A stretch of DNA of 64,000 nucleotides from Octopus vulgaris (taxonomy: Eukaryota), in contig OX597816.1 in assembly GCA_951406725.2 (NCBI GenBank), positions 145,266,001-145,330,000 on the forward strand, given 5' to 3'. The position numbers and the translations under genes were made by a program. Positions 51,209 to 63,930 of this stretch are shown piece by piece; positions within the stretch are counted from its first letter, which is position 1; every line of letters begins with the position of its first letter. A model generated the notes under the pieces. It did no database searches, was not told where the DNA came from, and saw nothing but the letters and a program-made list of their open reading frames with translations.

Positions 51209-51379
51209 TTAGGCATGACTGTGGTTACGAACCTCACTCTGCATCCACGTGGTTTTAGTTTCAGTCCCACTGCGTGGCACTCTTAGCAAATATTTTTTCT
51301 TTTAATCATAGCCGGGAGACTACTAATGCCATGAGAAGGAATTTTGTAGAAAGAAACTGTGCGGCACGCTATATATGTA

Positions 51380-51443
<64 letters not shown>

Positions 51444-51660
51444 TACGTGTACGTGTATAAGTGTGCATGTGTGTGTGTATGAGTGTGTATTTGTTTTATT
51501 AATTCTAGCGCTTGGGAACTGCTGTTGGTTTGTTTACGGCACTTATCCAAGTGGTGTGGTGGAATAGACCGATAGGATAACTGCCAGACTCCAAAATATG
51601 TACTGGAATTGGTTCACTCGGCATGACCGTCGCCCAGTGGCTGAAGCAATCAAAGCCTAA
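51209..51660 (+). mobile_element. Diverged SINE family A copy with internal (TG)n
   Basis: aggcatgactgtgg..ttcagtcccactgcgtggcac..gaccgatagg. Confidence 0.7.
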
Positions 51661-52544
51661 TATAGTACATATATGCATACACACATAAACGCATATATGT
51701 GTATGTATGCATATGCGGGTATAAGTTTGCGTTTGTGCATGATTTAGAAAGACACTTGAATTATTTGCAATTCTATGAAAGGTTAGCTTAAACATTGAAA
51801 ATAGTTTTTTGTGATATAAAGATGATTGGTTCTTATACAATATTTTGTGTCTGTGGTATTCAATGTCAGCTGGATGTGGTCTATTGCGTATTTTAAATAA
51901 ATGTTTGAAAACTAGGTTGCTGTATATCTCCATTAAATGTATCACTCAAACTCGTAGAGAGATGATGTTTTTCTTTCACTTTTTAAATATAGGATCAGTT
52001 ATCATAATCAGCTATAAGCTTTGTTTATGGCTGGTAGAGTTTACCTGAAATCACCAAAGAGAATCTTTTTAATTCTACACATCATGTTAGTATTACTTGC
52101 GTTTGTAAATTATCTGAATGCACAATGCAAAAGCTAGCCAAATTTGTACATTTTCTGGTGCCTGGATAAATGTTGACATTTACACAACTTGCAATAGTTT
52201 TCTTACATATTCAAACAAATGGCAATAGTTTTCTAACATATGCAAACATGTCAACAAAACTATCATGACCGATATTTTATATTCGGTAACGTTTTCCCTG
52301 GCAATTTCTTTGATCAAATATATTTCATATGAAAGAATATTATGTGTTACTATAATGTAGTTCTTATGTTTGTAAAAATCAAATTATCTGCAAGTCCCAT
52401 AATTATTCCTTATATACATTAGCATGTGCCATAATTAATCCTACAAATGTAGGCATTTGATCGCATTTTATTTCATAATTTTAATTAATTTATATGGAAT
52501 TGTATCCGGTATTTCAAATTTAGTCAGTTTATTATTAACATTAT

Positions 52545-52962
52545 CGGCGCAGGAGTGGCTGTGTGGTAAGTAGCTTGCTAACCAACCACATGGTTCCGGG
52601 TTCAGTCCCACTGCGTGGCATCCTGGGCAAGTGTCTTCTGCTATAGCCCGGGACGACCAATGCCTTGTGAGTGGATTTGGTAGACGGAAACTGAAAGAAG
52701 CCTGTCGTATGTATATATATATATATATATACGTATATATGTGTGTGTGTGTGTTTATGTGTCTGTGTTTGTCCCCCTAGCATTGCTTGACAACCGATGC
52801 TAGTGTGTTTACGTCCCCGTCACTTAGCGGTTCGGCAAAAGAGACCGATAGAATAATCCTGGGCTTACAAAGAATAAGTCCCGGGGTCGAGTTGCTCGAT
52901 TAAAGGCGGTGCTCTAGCATGGCCACAGTCAAATGACTGAAACAAGTAAAAGAGTAAAGAGT
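52545..52962 (+). mobile_element. Full-length SINE family A (tRNA head, internal microsatellite, (AAAGAGT)n tail)
   Basis: ggcgcaggagtggctgtgtggtaag..ggttcagtccc..gactgaaacaagtaaaagagtaaagagt. Confidence 0.92.
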
Positions 52963-53836
52963 AATTATAATCAGGTTGTTATATTAACATATTTGCGGCA
53001 CATTTGATTTCATGTAAACGATTACAATTTCGGCAAGGATGTGAGATTTGACAAGTGGAACATCAGTGAGATGTTTTAAATTATCCAATCCAAGTATTGT
53101 GAATATATTCACCCCATTTTATAGTTGGTAAACAACAATTCCAAGCATTTTTTTTTTACTTTTGTACAAAGCTAGAAACAACGGCTGCCGAAAGATTTTT
53201 GATTAACCTTTATGCATTTAGCACGGATGATGCATTTCTTTCTCCTGTCACCAAAGATTCCAGGAACATGTGCTTCCTAATTATATCAATGGAAATTCGA
53301 GTAATAATTAAGTTTGCTAATTAGGCGCTAATTAACCTCATAGTAAGTTTAGCCAGAATTCTGAAAGATACTCAAATAAATGCGTGCAACTGCACGTAGA
53401 AGATTTAATTTTTGCTTCGTATGTTTAAGGTCTAAAGTGTGATCGTTATATTATGATGAAAATTTTCGAAAGAGATATTCTAGTAACTGATTTAATGCTT
53501 TGAAAATATTTCAGTACTATACACATTTTGGAGTTCCAGTAGTCTCTATAGTTGTTTGCATCTGATTCGATATATGTCAATATAAATTCAGTAGTATAAT
53601 ATACAGAAAACAGAGAGTTTGAATACAGCAAAATCAATTTATTTACATAACTGTCGATTACGAAATGCCTATGATAGTTTCAATATCCACATTAATATGC
53701 CCACGGGCACATGGCGTAGTGGTTAAGAGCGCGGTCTACTAACCCCAAGATTCCGAGTTCGATTCCAGGCAGTGACCTGAATAATAATGATAATAATAAT
53801 AATAATAATAATGATAATAAATATTATTGTTAATAA

Positions 53837-55450
53837 TATAAATGTTACGGCAAAAAGATCAGCCACCTTTTATATATGGATGACCTAAAACTATACGCTA
53901 CAAATGACAAACAGCTGGAAACACTACTAAAGACAGTTCATGGATTTACCAAAGAAATAGATATGAAATTTGGATTAGAAAAATGCGCCAAAGTAACCCT
54001 GAAAAGAGGAAAACTAATTAAGAGTAGCAACATCACACTAGATAAAACAAATGAAATAAAAGAATTAGACCAAAGCCAAACTTACAAATACTTAGGAATC
54101 CGTGAACTAGATAAGACACAACACACACAAATGAAAGAGAAAATAAAAAAAGAATATTATAGACGAGTCAGATCAATACTGAAAACAGAGCTCAATTCTA
54201 AAAACAAGATAATAGGTATCAACACTTTAGCCGTCCCAGTTATAAGTTACAGCTACAATATCCTTAACTGGACACTAAATGAACTGACCAAAATAGATAG
54301 GAAAACAAGAAAAATAATGACAGGATCTAGGATGCATCATCCAAAATCTGACATAGAAAGGCTATATATACAACGTATAGATGGTGGTAGAGGCCTTATA
54401 CAGGTGGAAAACTACTATAAAATAACCGCCATAGGACTTCAAAAATATCTACTTCAGAAGGAAGGAAAACCGATACAAATAGCGGCAAAACACGAGCAAA
54501 ACAAAATACTGTTCTCAGTATTTAAGGAAGCTGACAAATACAAACAAGAAATCATACCACCTAACAAAGAAGAAGAAGAAGAAGAAGAAGAAGATGAAGA
54601 AAGAACAAAAGCTATAAAACAAATGAAATCCAAACTAAAAATAGAACAGCAACGAACCATGATAAAATGATGGCAAGAAAAGCCCCTTCATGGCAAATAC
54701 TGGACTAAACTAAATGCAAAAGAAATAGACAAAGAAAAATCCCAACAGTGGTTGAGAAGCTCAGGACTCAAAGCAGAGACAGGAGGATTTTTAATTGCAG
54801 CACATGACCAAAGCCTCCCCACCAGAAATTACCAAAAACATGTAATGAAAAGAAATATAACAAGTAACTGCAGAATATGTGGAGATGGACAAGAAACAAT
54901 ATATCATATTATCTCTGGCTGCCCAGTCTTGGCTAAGAAGGAATATATTCACAGACACGACAGAGTTGGGACCTATATACCCTGGAAACTATGCCAACAT
55001 TATGGAATAACAACAGAAAAAAGATGGTAAAGGCACACATCAGAAAAGGTCACAGAAAACGAGAAAGCAACCATACTCTGGGATATGCCAATACACACAG
55101 ATAGAGAAATTAAGGCCAACAGACCAGATATAGTTGTCAGAGATCATGAAGAAAAAAAAATGTTTTCTAAAACCAGAATGTGGAATCTAAAAACAGAAAC
55201 AATTCCTATCATAATAGGTGCATTAGGCATGATAAAAAAATATACTGACAGATACATAACAAAAACACCAGGACTTACAAACACATATAACATACAGAAA
55301 ATTGCACTACTAGGCACCGCACACATCCTACGCAGAACACTTTCCATACAATAACCATCAGAGCATCACAACAAATCACAGCACATACCCAAGGCACACA
55401 GAGCTGCGCTCGGTAGTGAAATGAAAGCACGATATAAAAATATACTACTG
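53837..55450 (+). mobile_element. 5'-truncated R4/Dong LINE inserted in (TAA)n
   Basis: HLLYMDDLKLYA, FGLEKCA, YKYLG, CRICG..HIISGC (CCHC), ANRPDIVVRD, QKIALLGTAHILRRTLSIQ*; flanked by AAT repeats on both sides. Confidence 0.95.
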
Positions 55451-55510
55451 AATAATAATAACATCGAAAAATACCTTAGAAATGAGAACCCAGATTCGAA
55501 ATTTCCCCAA

Positions 55511-55556
55511 GACATCTGATGAAGGCTGGAGGGTATATCAGCCGAAATGTTGTGTT
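55511..55556 (+). ncRNA. Minimal type I hammerhead ribozyme in SINE family C
   Basis: GACAU CUGAUGA A GGCUG GAGGGUAUAU CAGCC GAAA UG UU GUGUU. Stem II is 5 bp, stem I has wobbles, and stem III AUGU is a likely CpG decay of the ACGU palindrome. Confidence 0.75.
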
Positions 55557-55741
55557 AACAACAAACAAGATAAGGACAAATATCCGTCAAATGTAAATAA
55601 TGTAAATAATGTACATAATTCCTCATCTCTTAAATATAGAACTGTATTATCCACCTTAATTTATTTTACAATCAATAATTGCATTATGAGTTCAGAAGGC
55701 AGAAATCTCTTCCTAATAGAATCCTAATAGAATCAGTGCTC

Positions 55742-55877
55742 ATTATTTACATCCTAATAGAATCAGTGCTTATTATAGACTAAGATAGCAGCATGCGTTT
55801 TGTTTTTGTGTGTGTGAGTGTGTGTTTGCACTTTCGCCTTTAAGCTTAACTGTCGTATGTGTCTTCTTTCTCTATGT

Positions 55878-55927
<50 letters not shown>

Positions 55928-56240
55928 TTATTTGTCTTTGAAGTTCTGTTTTAAAAATAGCCAAAATTTAAACTTTCACGATAGCAGAAGAGTGGTTAGC
56001 TGCCGTTTTAAATTCTCCAAACGGCAGCTAGCCACTGTCCTACTATCGTCAAACATTAAATTTTGGCTATTTTTAGAACAGAATTCCAAAGACAAATAAC
56101 CTGTCACGCACATCTAAAGAAAAAGAAGATACATACGAAATTAAGCTTAAAGGCGAAAATGCTAATGCACACACACACATACACACAAAAAAATGCTGCT
56201 ATCTATAATGGAACCTCAATCTATTAGGATGTAAAGATAA
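55742..56240. repeat. About 500-bp foldback (long imperfect hairpin)
   Basis: Nested arms: tttacatcctaatag/ctattaggatgtaaa, ttcgcctttaagcttaa/ttaagcttaaaggcgaa, ggttatttgtctttg/caaagacaaataacc, tagctgccgttt/aaacggcagcta; loop at about 56010-56017. Confidence 0.88.
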
Positions 56241-57834
56241 GTATGTCGATTTTGACCTTGAAATTGCGGGTCTATTTTTTTCATTCTAAAGAAGTCAGTA
56301 AAAAAGTCTGAAAATGAGTTATAATAATGTAGCATTCCAATCTCATTGCTTTGAAGGTATGATGTTGTGGAGAGAAAAAATTACAGAGAAAGAAGTTACA
56401 GGTGTTTAAAAAATCGGAAAAAACTGGGTATTTTTAGCCAATATGTGAAACAGAAATTTTCTGCATTTAGCGGAGCGGTGTCAACTTTAAGGTTGTACCC
56501 TCTAAAATGTAGCGTCTGACCTGTTCATTGTAGGTTTGTAAATAAACAGAAATACCTAATAAAATCATGTATCATCTGGATCTAGTCTCATTCATTGATT
56601 ATATTTTTTGTTGTTTTTTTAAATTTGCTATATTAATATATTTGTTTGTATGTGTTTATTTTATGCGTATTTCAGTATCATGTATACCTGCCATGTATTT
56701 ATGTACATCATTAATATATAAATGTGTGTGTAATATATAAATGTGTCTGTCTCCAAAATTCCAAAGTTGAGTAACGTTTTCCTGCTTGCAATTGTAAACT
56801 ACGATAAGAATAAATACCCAAACAGCACAGAAAAATACTAACACACAGAAGCAGAAAAATATGTAAATATGTAAATATGTAAATTAAAACAAAACACGCT
56901 AGTCAAAAGAATCACGTGGTGTTAAGAGTCAATTGTTAAAAATTAATATCGAACAACGTGCGTCACAGACAACAATGAAGTAAACCACGGGGTCACAGAC
57001 AACAGTGAGACAACTGTGACGTAAACGAAAACAGAGTGTGCTGTTGTCATGGTAACAAACTACTAATGCTACGCTGTCTGCTGATTGGCTAAAATTACCC
57101 AAATTTCCCAAATTTAATTCAAAATAATATCAGATTCTTTAATTTACGAGATAAAGTAAATGGTTGATCATAATCAAGATTCAGAGATGTATTGATACAC
57201 CAAAAATGAAAGCAATCTGAGCAAAATTAAGAGATGCTCATTTTGCGAATGAGAAAGACTAGATCCGAAATTTCTGCCTTCTGAACTCACAATGCAATTG
57301 TTAATTATAAAATAAATGAAAGTGGATATTGAAACTATCGCAGGCATTACATGATCGACACTTATGTAAATATATTCGCTTTGCTGTATTCAAACTTTCC
57401 GTTTTCTCTCTATTATACTGCTATGTATACACACACACACACACACACACATTATGTAACATAAGAGTAAACACATTTTTATATTATTGTTCCTACGTGT
57501 GTTTCACTATTATGGATACAGGTATCTACAAAATAAATTCAATAGATTATTCCCTGACCATACGCTGTGGTTGAGTACCTGCAATAACTATTTCTGAGCT
57601 CCAATCAACCATAATGTTGAAGTGCACATATGAACTATGATACAATCTAGCATTTATCATTATTTCTACATTTGCTCTGTTGCTCATTACTAGTTATACT
57701 ACTCTCTATAGAAGTTAATTAACAACTATACAGGAAGCGGATTGGATTACGATAATATATAGCGAGCTCTAAACAGAAGAATGACAGTCATACATTTTAT
57801 TTGTACACACAATTTCCACTATATATATATATAT

Positions 57835-58225
57835 ATACTCTTACTCTTTACTCTTTTACTCTTTTACTTGTTTCAGTCATTTGATTGCGGCCATGCTGGA
57901 GCACCGCCTTTAGTCGAGCAAATCGTCCCTGGGACTTATTCTTTGTAAGCCCAGTACTTATTTGCCGAACCGCTAAGTGACGGGGACGAAAACACACCAG
58001 CATCGGTTGTCAAGCTATGCTAGGGGGACAAACACAGACACAGAAACACACATACACACATATATATATATACATATATACGACAGGCTTCTTTCAGTTT
58101 CCGTCTACCAAATCCACTCACAAGGCATTGGTCGGCCCGGGGCTATAGCAGAAGACACTTGCCCAAGATGAACCCGGAACCATGTGGTTGGTTAGCAAGC
58201 TACTTACCACACAGCCACTCCTGCG

Positions 58226-58228
<3 letters not shown>
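57835..58228 (-). mobile_element. Near full-length SINE family A
   Basis: Reverse complement of 52545-52962, including the (ACTCTTT)n tail. Confidence 0.92.
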
Positions 58229-58291
<63 letters not shown>

Positions 58292-58294
<3 letters not shown>

Positions 58295-58475
58295 AGTGCG
58301 TTGAAAAGTTCCTGGATTTGGGGAAAAATACTGGAGAATCAGTTAATTATGATTTTATTTAACATATTCCCCTCTCAAATTCACACACTTTTTGCAGCAA
58401 TTCTGCATATTTTTAAGGCCTGTAAAAGAACTCGGAAGGTTAGGCCTCCAACCAGGCCTTTCGTGAAAAACCTTG
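58292..58475. mobile_element. Mariner-like terminal fragment in (TA)n
   Basis: gggagtgcgttgaaaagttcctgg resembles a mariner TIR; no partner TIR was seen. Confidence 0.45.
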
Positions 58476-59097
58476 TTGCTTGAATTGTTACACATTTGCA
58501 ACACTGTTTTATTATATTAAATAGCTTTATAATAATGGTCTACACAAGATGATGAAGCTACCGAAAGTTTAGTGTAGATAATAACAATACACTTGCAGAC
58601 AAACGCTCTTATGTAAGTCTCATATTGAGAGCATTGGTTTGACATTACAATGTTTCTAAATCCATTAGACTCCCGATACGAGACTTTTATAATCATACTT
58701 TTAAAATGAACTTATATATATATTTATAGTTGAACAAATGAAGGCAACCTAAATAGTGATATTCGAAATCATTTAATAAGTATGTTTAAGGTGCGCGTAA
58801 TATATAATAGTAAATGCATCCATTTCGTAGACACTCCTCTGTTAAAACATTTCAAAATATCTTGAAATGTTTTAATCGAGGTAGGTCTTATGTAATGGAT
58901 GCATTTCCTGTTATAAATTATACACATATGAAACGTACGTATCAAATGATTTCAAAATATGACTATTTGGTTTGCTTTCATTTTCGCAAATTATAAGGTT
59001 CGGTGCTAGTACAAACTAGCCGGTCCAGACGTCACTTAAAAGGATATTCTAACAAAGATTTGTAGTAGTTAGTTATGCTGCTTAGTGTAACAAGATA

Positions 59098-59390
<293 letters not shown>

Positions 59391-59830
59391 ACATGTATGT
59401 ATGTCATTATTCAGTTTTATTTCAAGATTTATTTCCAATAGGGAAAGTGCCGATTATTAATCAAGATCCAAGGCTCCTTCATTGGCATTTCACCAGCAAC
59501 AACAGGGTATGTATGTATGTATGTATGTATGTATGTATGTATGTATGTATGTATGTATGTATGTATGTATGTATGTATGCATGTATGCATGTATGTATGT
59601 ATGTATGTATTATGTATGCATGTGTGCATGTGTGTATGTATCCGTAACTTAGCCGTTCGGTAAAACAGAGTGGCGGAAAAAGTACTTGGGCTAAAAATAA
59701 GCACTGGAGTCGATTCGTTCTACTAAAACACATTAAGGCATGACCGAAGTCTAATGACTGAAACTAGTAAAGGAAATAAAATATATATGTATCTGTATAT
59801 GTATATGTGTTATATATGTATATATAATAC

Positions 59831-59874
<44 letters not shown>

Positions 59875-59876
<2 letters not shown>

Positions 59877-60566
59877 CAATAATAAATCTCTGAACGAGGT
59901 ATAAACAGTAACTGCACGACAATGGGAGGTATACTTCCCATCTCAATATGGCTAATCACTAAGAGTGGGTGTTACTGTAGCTTGTAGCCCCAGAACATCG
60001 TCTCCAGCTGGCTTTAGGCACACATTCTGTGCCCTTGTGGGATTTGCAAAGGGAGGTCACCCTTCTCTCGTCAACCTAAGTGATACGCACGGACTGCAGT
60101 TTCTAGGTTTTGACCTGTCATCAGCGTACGACAATCACCGGTTTTCGATGAAAAGGTGTTCCAATGCAAATCCTTATATCGTTTTTCCAGTAACTTTTCG
60201 TCAGTGATCTCGAAAAAATGTATGCAAGCAATAATAAATCTCTGAACGAGGTATAAACAGTAACTGCACGACAATGTGAGGTATACGTGCCATCTCAATA
60301 TGGCTAACAACTGAAGGTGGGCGTTACTGTAGTTTGTAGCCCCAGGAGAACATCGTCTCCTTAGGTTGACGAAGGAAGGGTGACCTCCCTTTTCAAATTC
60401 CATAAGGCACAAAAAGTGTGCCTAAAGCCAGCTGGAGACGATGTTCTCCTTGGGCTACAAGCACATTGTCGTGCAGTTACTGTTTATACCTCGTTCAGAG
60501 ACTTATTATTGCTTGCATTCAGTTTTTCGAGTTCATTGACGAAAAGTTACTGGATTAACGATATAA
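59875..60566 (-). mobile_element. Retrozyme/PLE-pLTR-like element: 352-bp monomer, partial tandem copy and inverted copy
   Basis: agcaataataaatctctgaacgagg repeats at 59875 and 60227. 60361-60566 is the reverse complement of 59980-60079 plus 60174-60277. HHR at 60086-60130. Confidence 0.82.
60086..60130 (-). ncRNA. Minimal type I hammerhead ribozyme
   Basis: Minus strand reads CGUACG CUGAUGA CAGG UCAAAA CCUA GAAA CUGCAG UC CGUGCG: 6-bp stem I, perfect palindromic stem III (ACUGCAGU), GUC site. Confidence 0.87.
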
Positions 60567-61202
60567 TACATGCATGTATTTATATATGCATGTATAGTCC
60601 TGTGGGTCAGTTAATAATCATAAGAGCTGCTGAGCCGTTATTTATATCTAATTTCCAACATTATTTGCAAGCTGTCTGACAATCTTCTGCTGATAAATTT
60701 TCCTGCTTGCCAATGTCGTGTCACGTTACAATTGGCCTGGTGAATGTTTCCGAATACAATTTTGCAGGTTCTTTATTTTCTGGTGTTAATAAGATACTCG
60801 TACTTGGCAAACTAATTCATATTACCACTTGCAGTTATAGTTTTTCTGGAGTTGGGCTATATCATGATGTTTGATACTGATTCTCATCATGTCGATGTTG
60901 TTTACACAATGTATGTTACACTAAGGCGCACACATCGGTTTTTCTTTGACATATTCCTCATAGCTTCATGAAAGCTATTCGCAGTTTTTTTCTGTTTGAT
61001 TGTGCTTCTTTTTGTTGGGTGAGGGCAATTGGCAGTAGCAATTTAACGATTGAATTAGTACGTGATATTGATAACAAAAGTGTCTCGCACAAGTTCCAAA
61101 ATCATTTCGTACGAAAGATAACTATGGCACAGGCGTGGATGTGCACGAAGGAGTTTACTTCCCAACGAAATGGTTCCGGGTTCAGTCCCACTGCGTGACA
61201 TA

Positions 61203-62053
61203 TATGCTGCAGAACGAGGACAAATTTGAATTAATCCACTTCGGAAAGGAGGATACATTGAAACTACCATACCCCTTTTCTTCAGGTAAAAACCCCATGG
61301 CATCCAACATCAAAGACTTGGGAGTAATAGTGGACAACAGCATATGCTGGGCTTCTCATATAAACAGCAAAATTGACATGGCCCGCAGAATGTGTTCCTG
61401 GATTCTCAGAACTTTCCAGTCGAGCGATATCCACATAATCATACTTCTCTTCTCTACTATTGTCCGACCCCACCTTGAATACTGTTGTCCATTGTGGTTT
61501 CCCCACAAGAAACAAAGTATCATGAAAATTGAAGCACCTCATAGGTCAATTACAAAAAAGATAGATGGCATGGCAGGCCTTGACTTTAGCTTTATTCTCT
61601 CCAACGCTGCTTGAGTGCTACATCATCTGCATGAAGTGGAAAATATTCCATCAGTATTCCCCAAATGATATTGGCATCGCCTTTAAGATACACCTAAGAC
61701 TTGGACCCCGTGCTATCCGCCCACAACATAAACCATACTAACATCACATAACAACAATACGGCACAATTATTCCACCTCAATTGGCCCCTCTCTCTTTAA
61801 CATTACAGCAAAACACATTAAAGCAGAAACAGATGCGATGAAGTTCAAGAAGTCTTTGGACATACATACATACATACATACTTATAAAATCCCGAATAAA
61901 CCTCCTACAACCGGATATATCTCCGTAAACAATAACTCTGCACTCGAGTGGGCCATGTCATCCGATTCCTGATTTGAATGACTTTGCCAGGTGGTGCTAC
62001 TAAGTTAGATATGGTCTGTGCCAATACTGGCCGAAACATATCAAAGTATCAAA

Positions 62054-62054
<1 letters not shown>
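61203..62054 (+). mobile_element. CR1-clade LINE 3' fragment (preceded by a SINE A head at 61125-61200)
   Basis: NEDKFELIHFG..KDLGVIVD..WILRTF..IVRPHLEYCCPLW. The 3' end ggccgaaacatatcaaagtatc also appears as an isolated stub at about 31300-31350. Confidence 0.85.
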
Positions 62055-62113
<59 letters not shown>

Positions 62114-62118
62114 GAAGG

Positions 62119-62169
62119 AGCTTCTACAGGACTAGAACTGTTTCATTCAAGAGAAATCTTCAGGAAGCT
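62119..62169 (-). ncRNA. Type I hammerhead ribozyme with looped (monomer-competent) stem III
   Basis: Minus strand reads AGCUUC CUGAAGA UUUC UCUU GAAU GAAA CAG UUCUAGUC CUG UA GAAGCU: 6-bp stem I, 4-bp stem III, GUA site. Confidence 0.82.
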
Positions 62170-62384
62170 AGTTAACAAGAATTGTATTGGCATTTATACA
62201 TTTAGGCAGGTTTAAAGGGGTGGTGGTGGGGGACTTTTTGGGGTAGCCATAGCGCAAAAATATCATATTTGGGGGAGTGGTCAAGGAGTCAGTGGTAAAT
62301 TAGATAAAAGAATAAATAAAAGAATAAAAAAATATATAGAAGAATAGAGTTTTAGGTAAATAAGGAGATTCTCACTTATACCTA

Positions 62385-62484
62385 TACACATATGTATACA
62401 TATATACACACACACACACACATACATACACACATACATACACACACACACATATATATACACATACATATACATACATATATC

Positions 62485-62526
<42 letters not shown>

Positions 62527-63136
62527 TGCATATACATATACACACACACATGTATATATACACACACGACCACACATACATATACACACAAAAAAATATA
62601 TACATACACACACGTACACATACACACATACACACACATATCCACATACACACATGCACACACAACACACAAGTCCCTATATACACATATATACATATAC
62701 ACACATATATATATACATATATATATATACATATGTGTACCTATACATACCTACACATACACACATATATACATACAAATACAAACCCATTCCCTAATTT
62801 TAATTTTATTATCTTCATTTATTACTTTTGTTATCTTTGACCGCTGGTCACGAGCATCTTGGCTACAACAGCAAGTCCATTTATCTTTCTACTTGAACAC
62901 AAGCACTCACTCACGCACGCACACTCATTAGCACGCACACTCACTCATTCGTACACTCATACACATACACGCACGCACGCGTTATATTCATACATACATA
63001 CATACATCTACATACATTCACGTATATACACATACGTACGCGTACCTACAGATTCATGTCTACACTCTTAGAAGACTAGTCTATACATATACACCGATAA
63101 ATATATATACACACATACACATACACCTACATACAA

Positions 63137-63173
<37 letters not shown>

Positions 63174-63300
63174 CGTATATATACATACATACACCCATAC
63201 ATACATACATATATACACATACACACACCCACACGTATACATATACATACATATACGCGCATGCATACACATACATATACATACACATACACATATACAT

Positions 63301-63341
<41 letters not shown>

Positions 63342-63696
63342 AATACATACATATACATACATACATATACATATATACACACACACATACATACACATAT
63401 ACACATACACGCACATACACATATACATGCGTACCCATACACACACACACACGCGCATCCATATATACACATAAATACACACATGCGTAAAAGTATACAT
63501 ATATCTATGCTTACACATACACACACACACGCGCCTCCTTATGTTCATACTTACATGCATACTCAAAAAATAAATAATAAAATATATATATACACGTGCA
63601 GTTATTCATACATGCATACTCAAAAAATAAATAATAAATATTAAGTATATATACGTGCAGTTACCTATTATACAGACGGACACATACATATAAACT

Positions 63697-63736
<40 letters not shown>

Positions 63737-63801
63737 CCTACACATATGTACATATACATACACACATACATAACTCTACGTACCTACATATACATACACA
63801 C

Positions 63802-63856
<55 letters not shown>

Positions 63857-63881
63857 CATATACATACACACGCATACACAT

Positions 63882-63930
<49 letters not shown>

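Larger units (their letters stand above)
53697..55647 (+). mobile_element. tRNA-headed SINE (family C) carrying a hammerhead ribozyme; interrupted by a Dong LINE
   Basis: tRNA-like head 53705-53779 (A box tggcgtagtgg, B box gttcgattcc), then (AAT)n. The body resumes at 55451, with an HHR at 55511-55556. The 13-bp TSD tatccac(a/c)ttaat lies at 53684-53696 and 55648-55660. Confidence 0.8.
53590..57422. mobile_element. Non-autonomous TIR element (about 170-bp TIRs) whose left TIR is interrupted by a nested SINE and LINE
   Basis: 53590-53696 joined to 55661-55706 is the reverse complement of 57270-57422 (agtataat..gtttgaatacagcaaa..atttacataa..gatagtttcaatatccac..ttgcatt.tgagttcagaaggcagaaat). 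Confidence 0.8.

Noticed and set aside
53705-53779. Functional tRNA gene
   Set aside because: Acceptor and T stems are mismatched, there is no oligo-T terminator, and it continues into a TSD-flanked repeat body. It is a SINE head; the same applies to 1-78.
60175-60206. Second hammerhead (minus-strand CUGACGA..GAAA)
   Set aside because: No stem II or III pairing and no NUH with a matching stem I.
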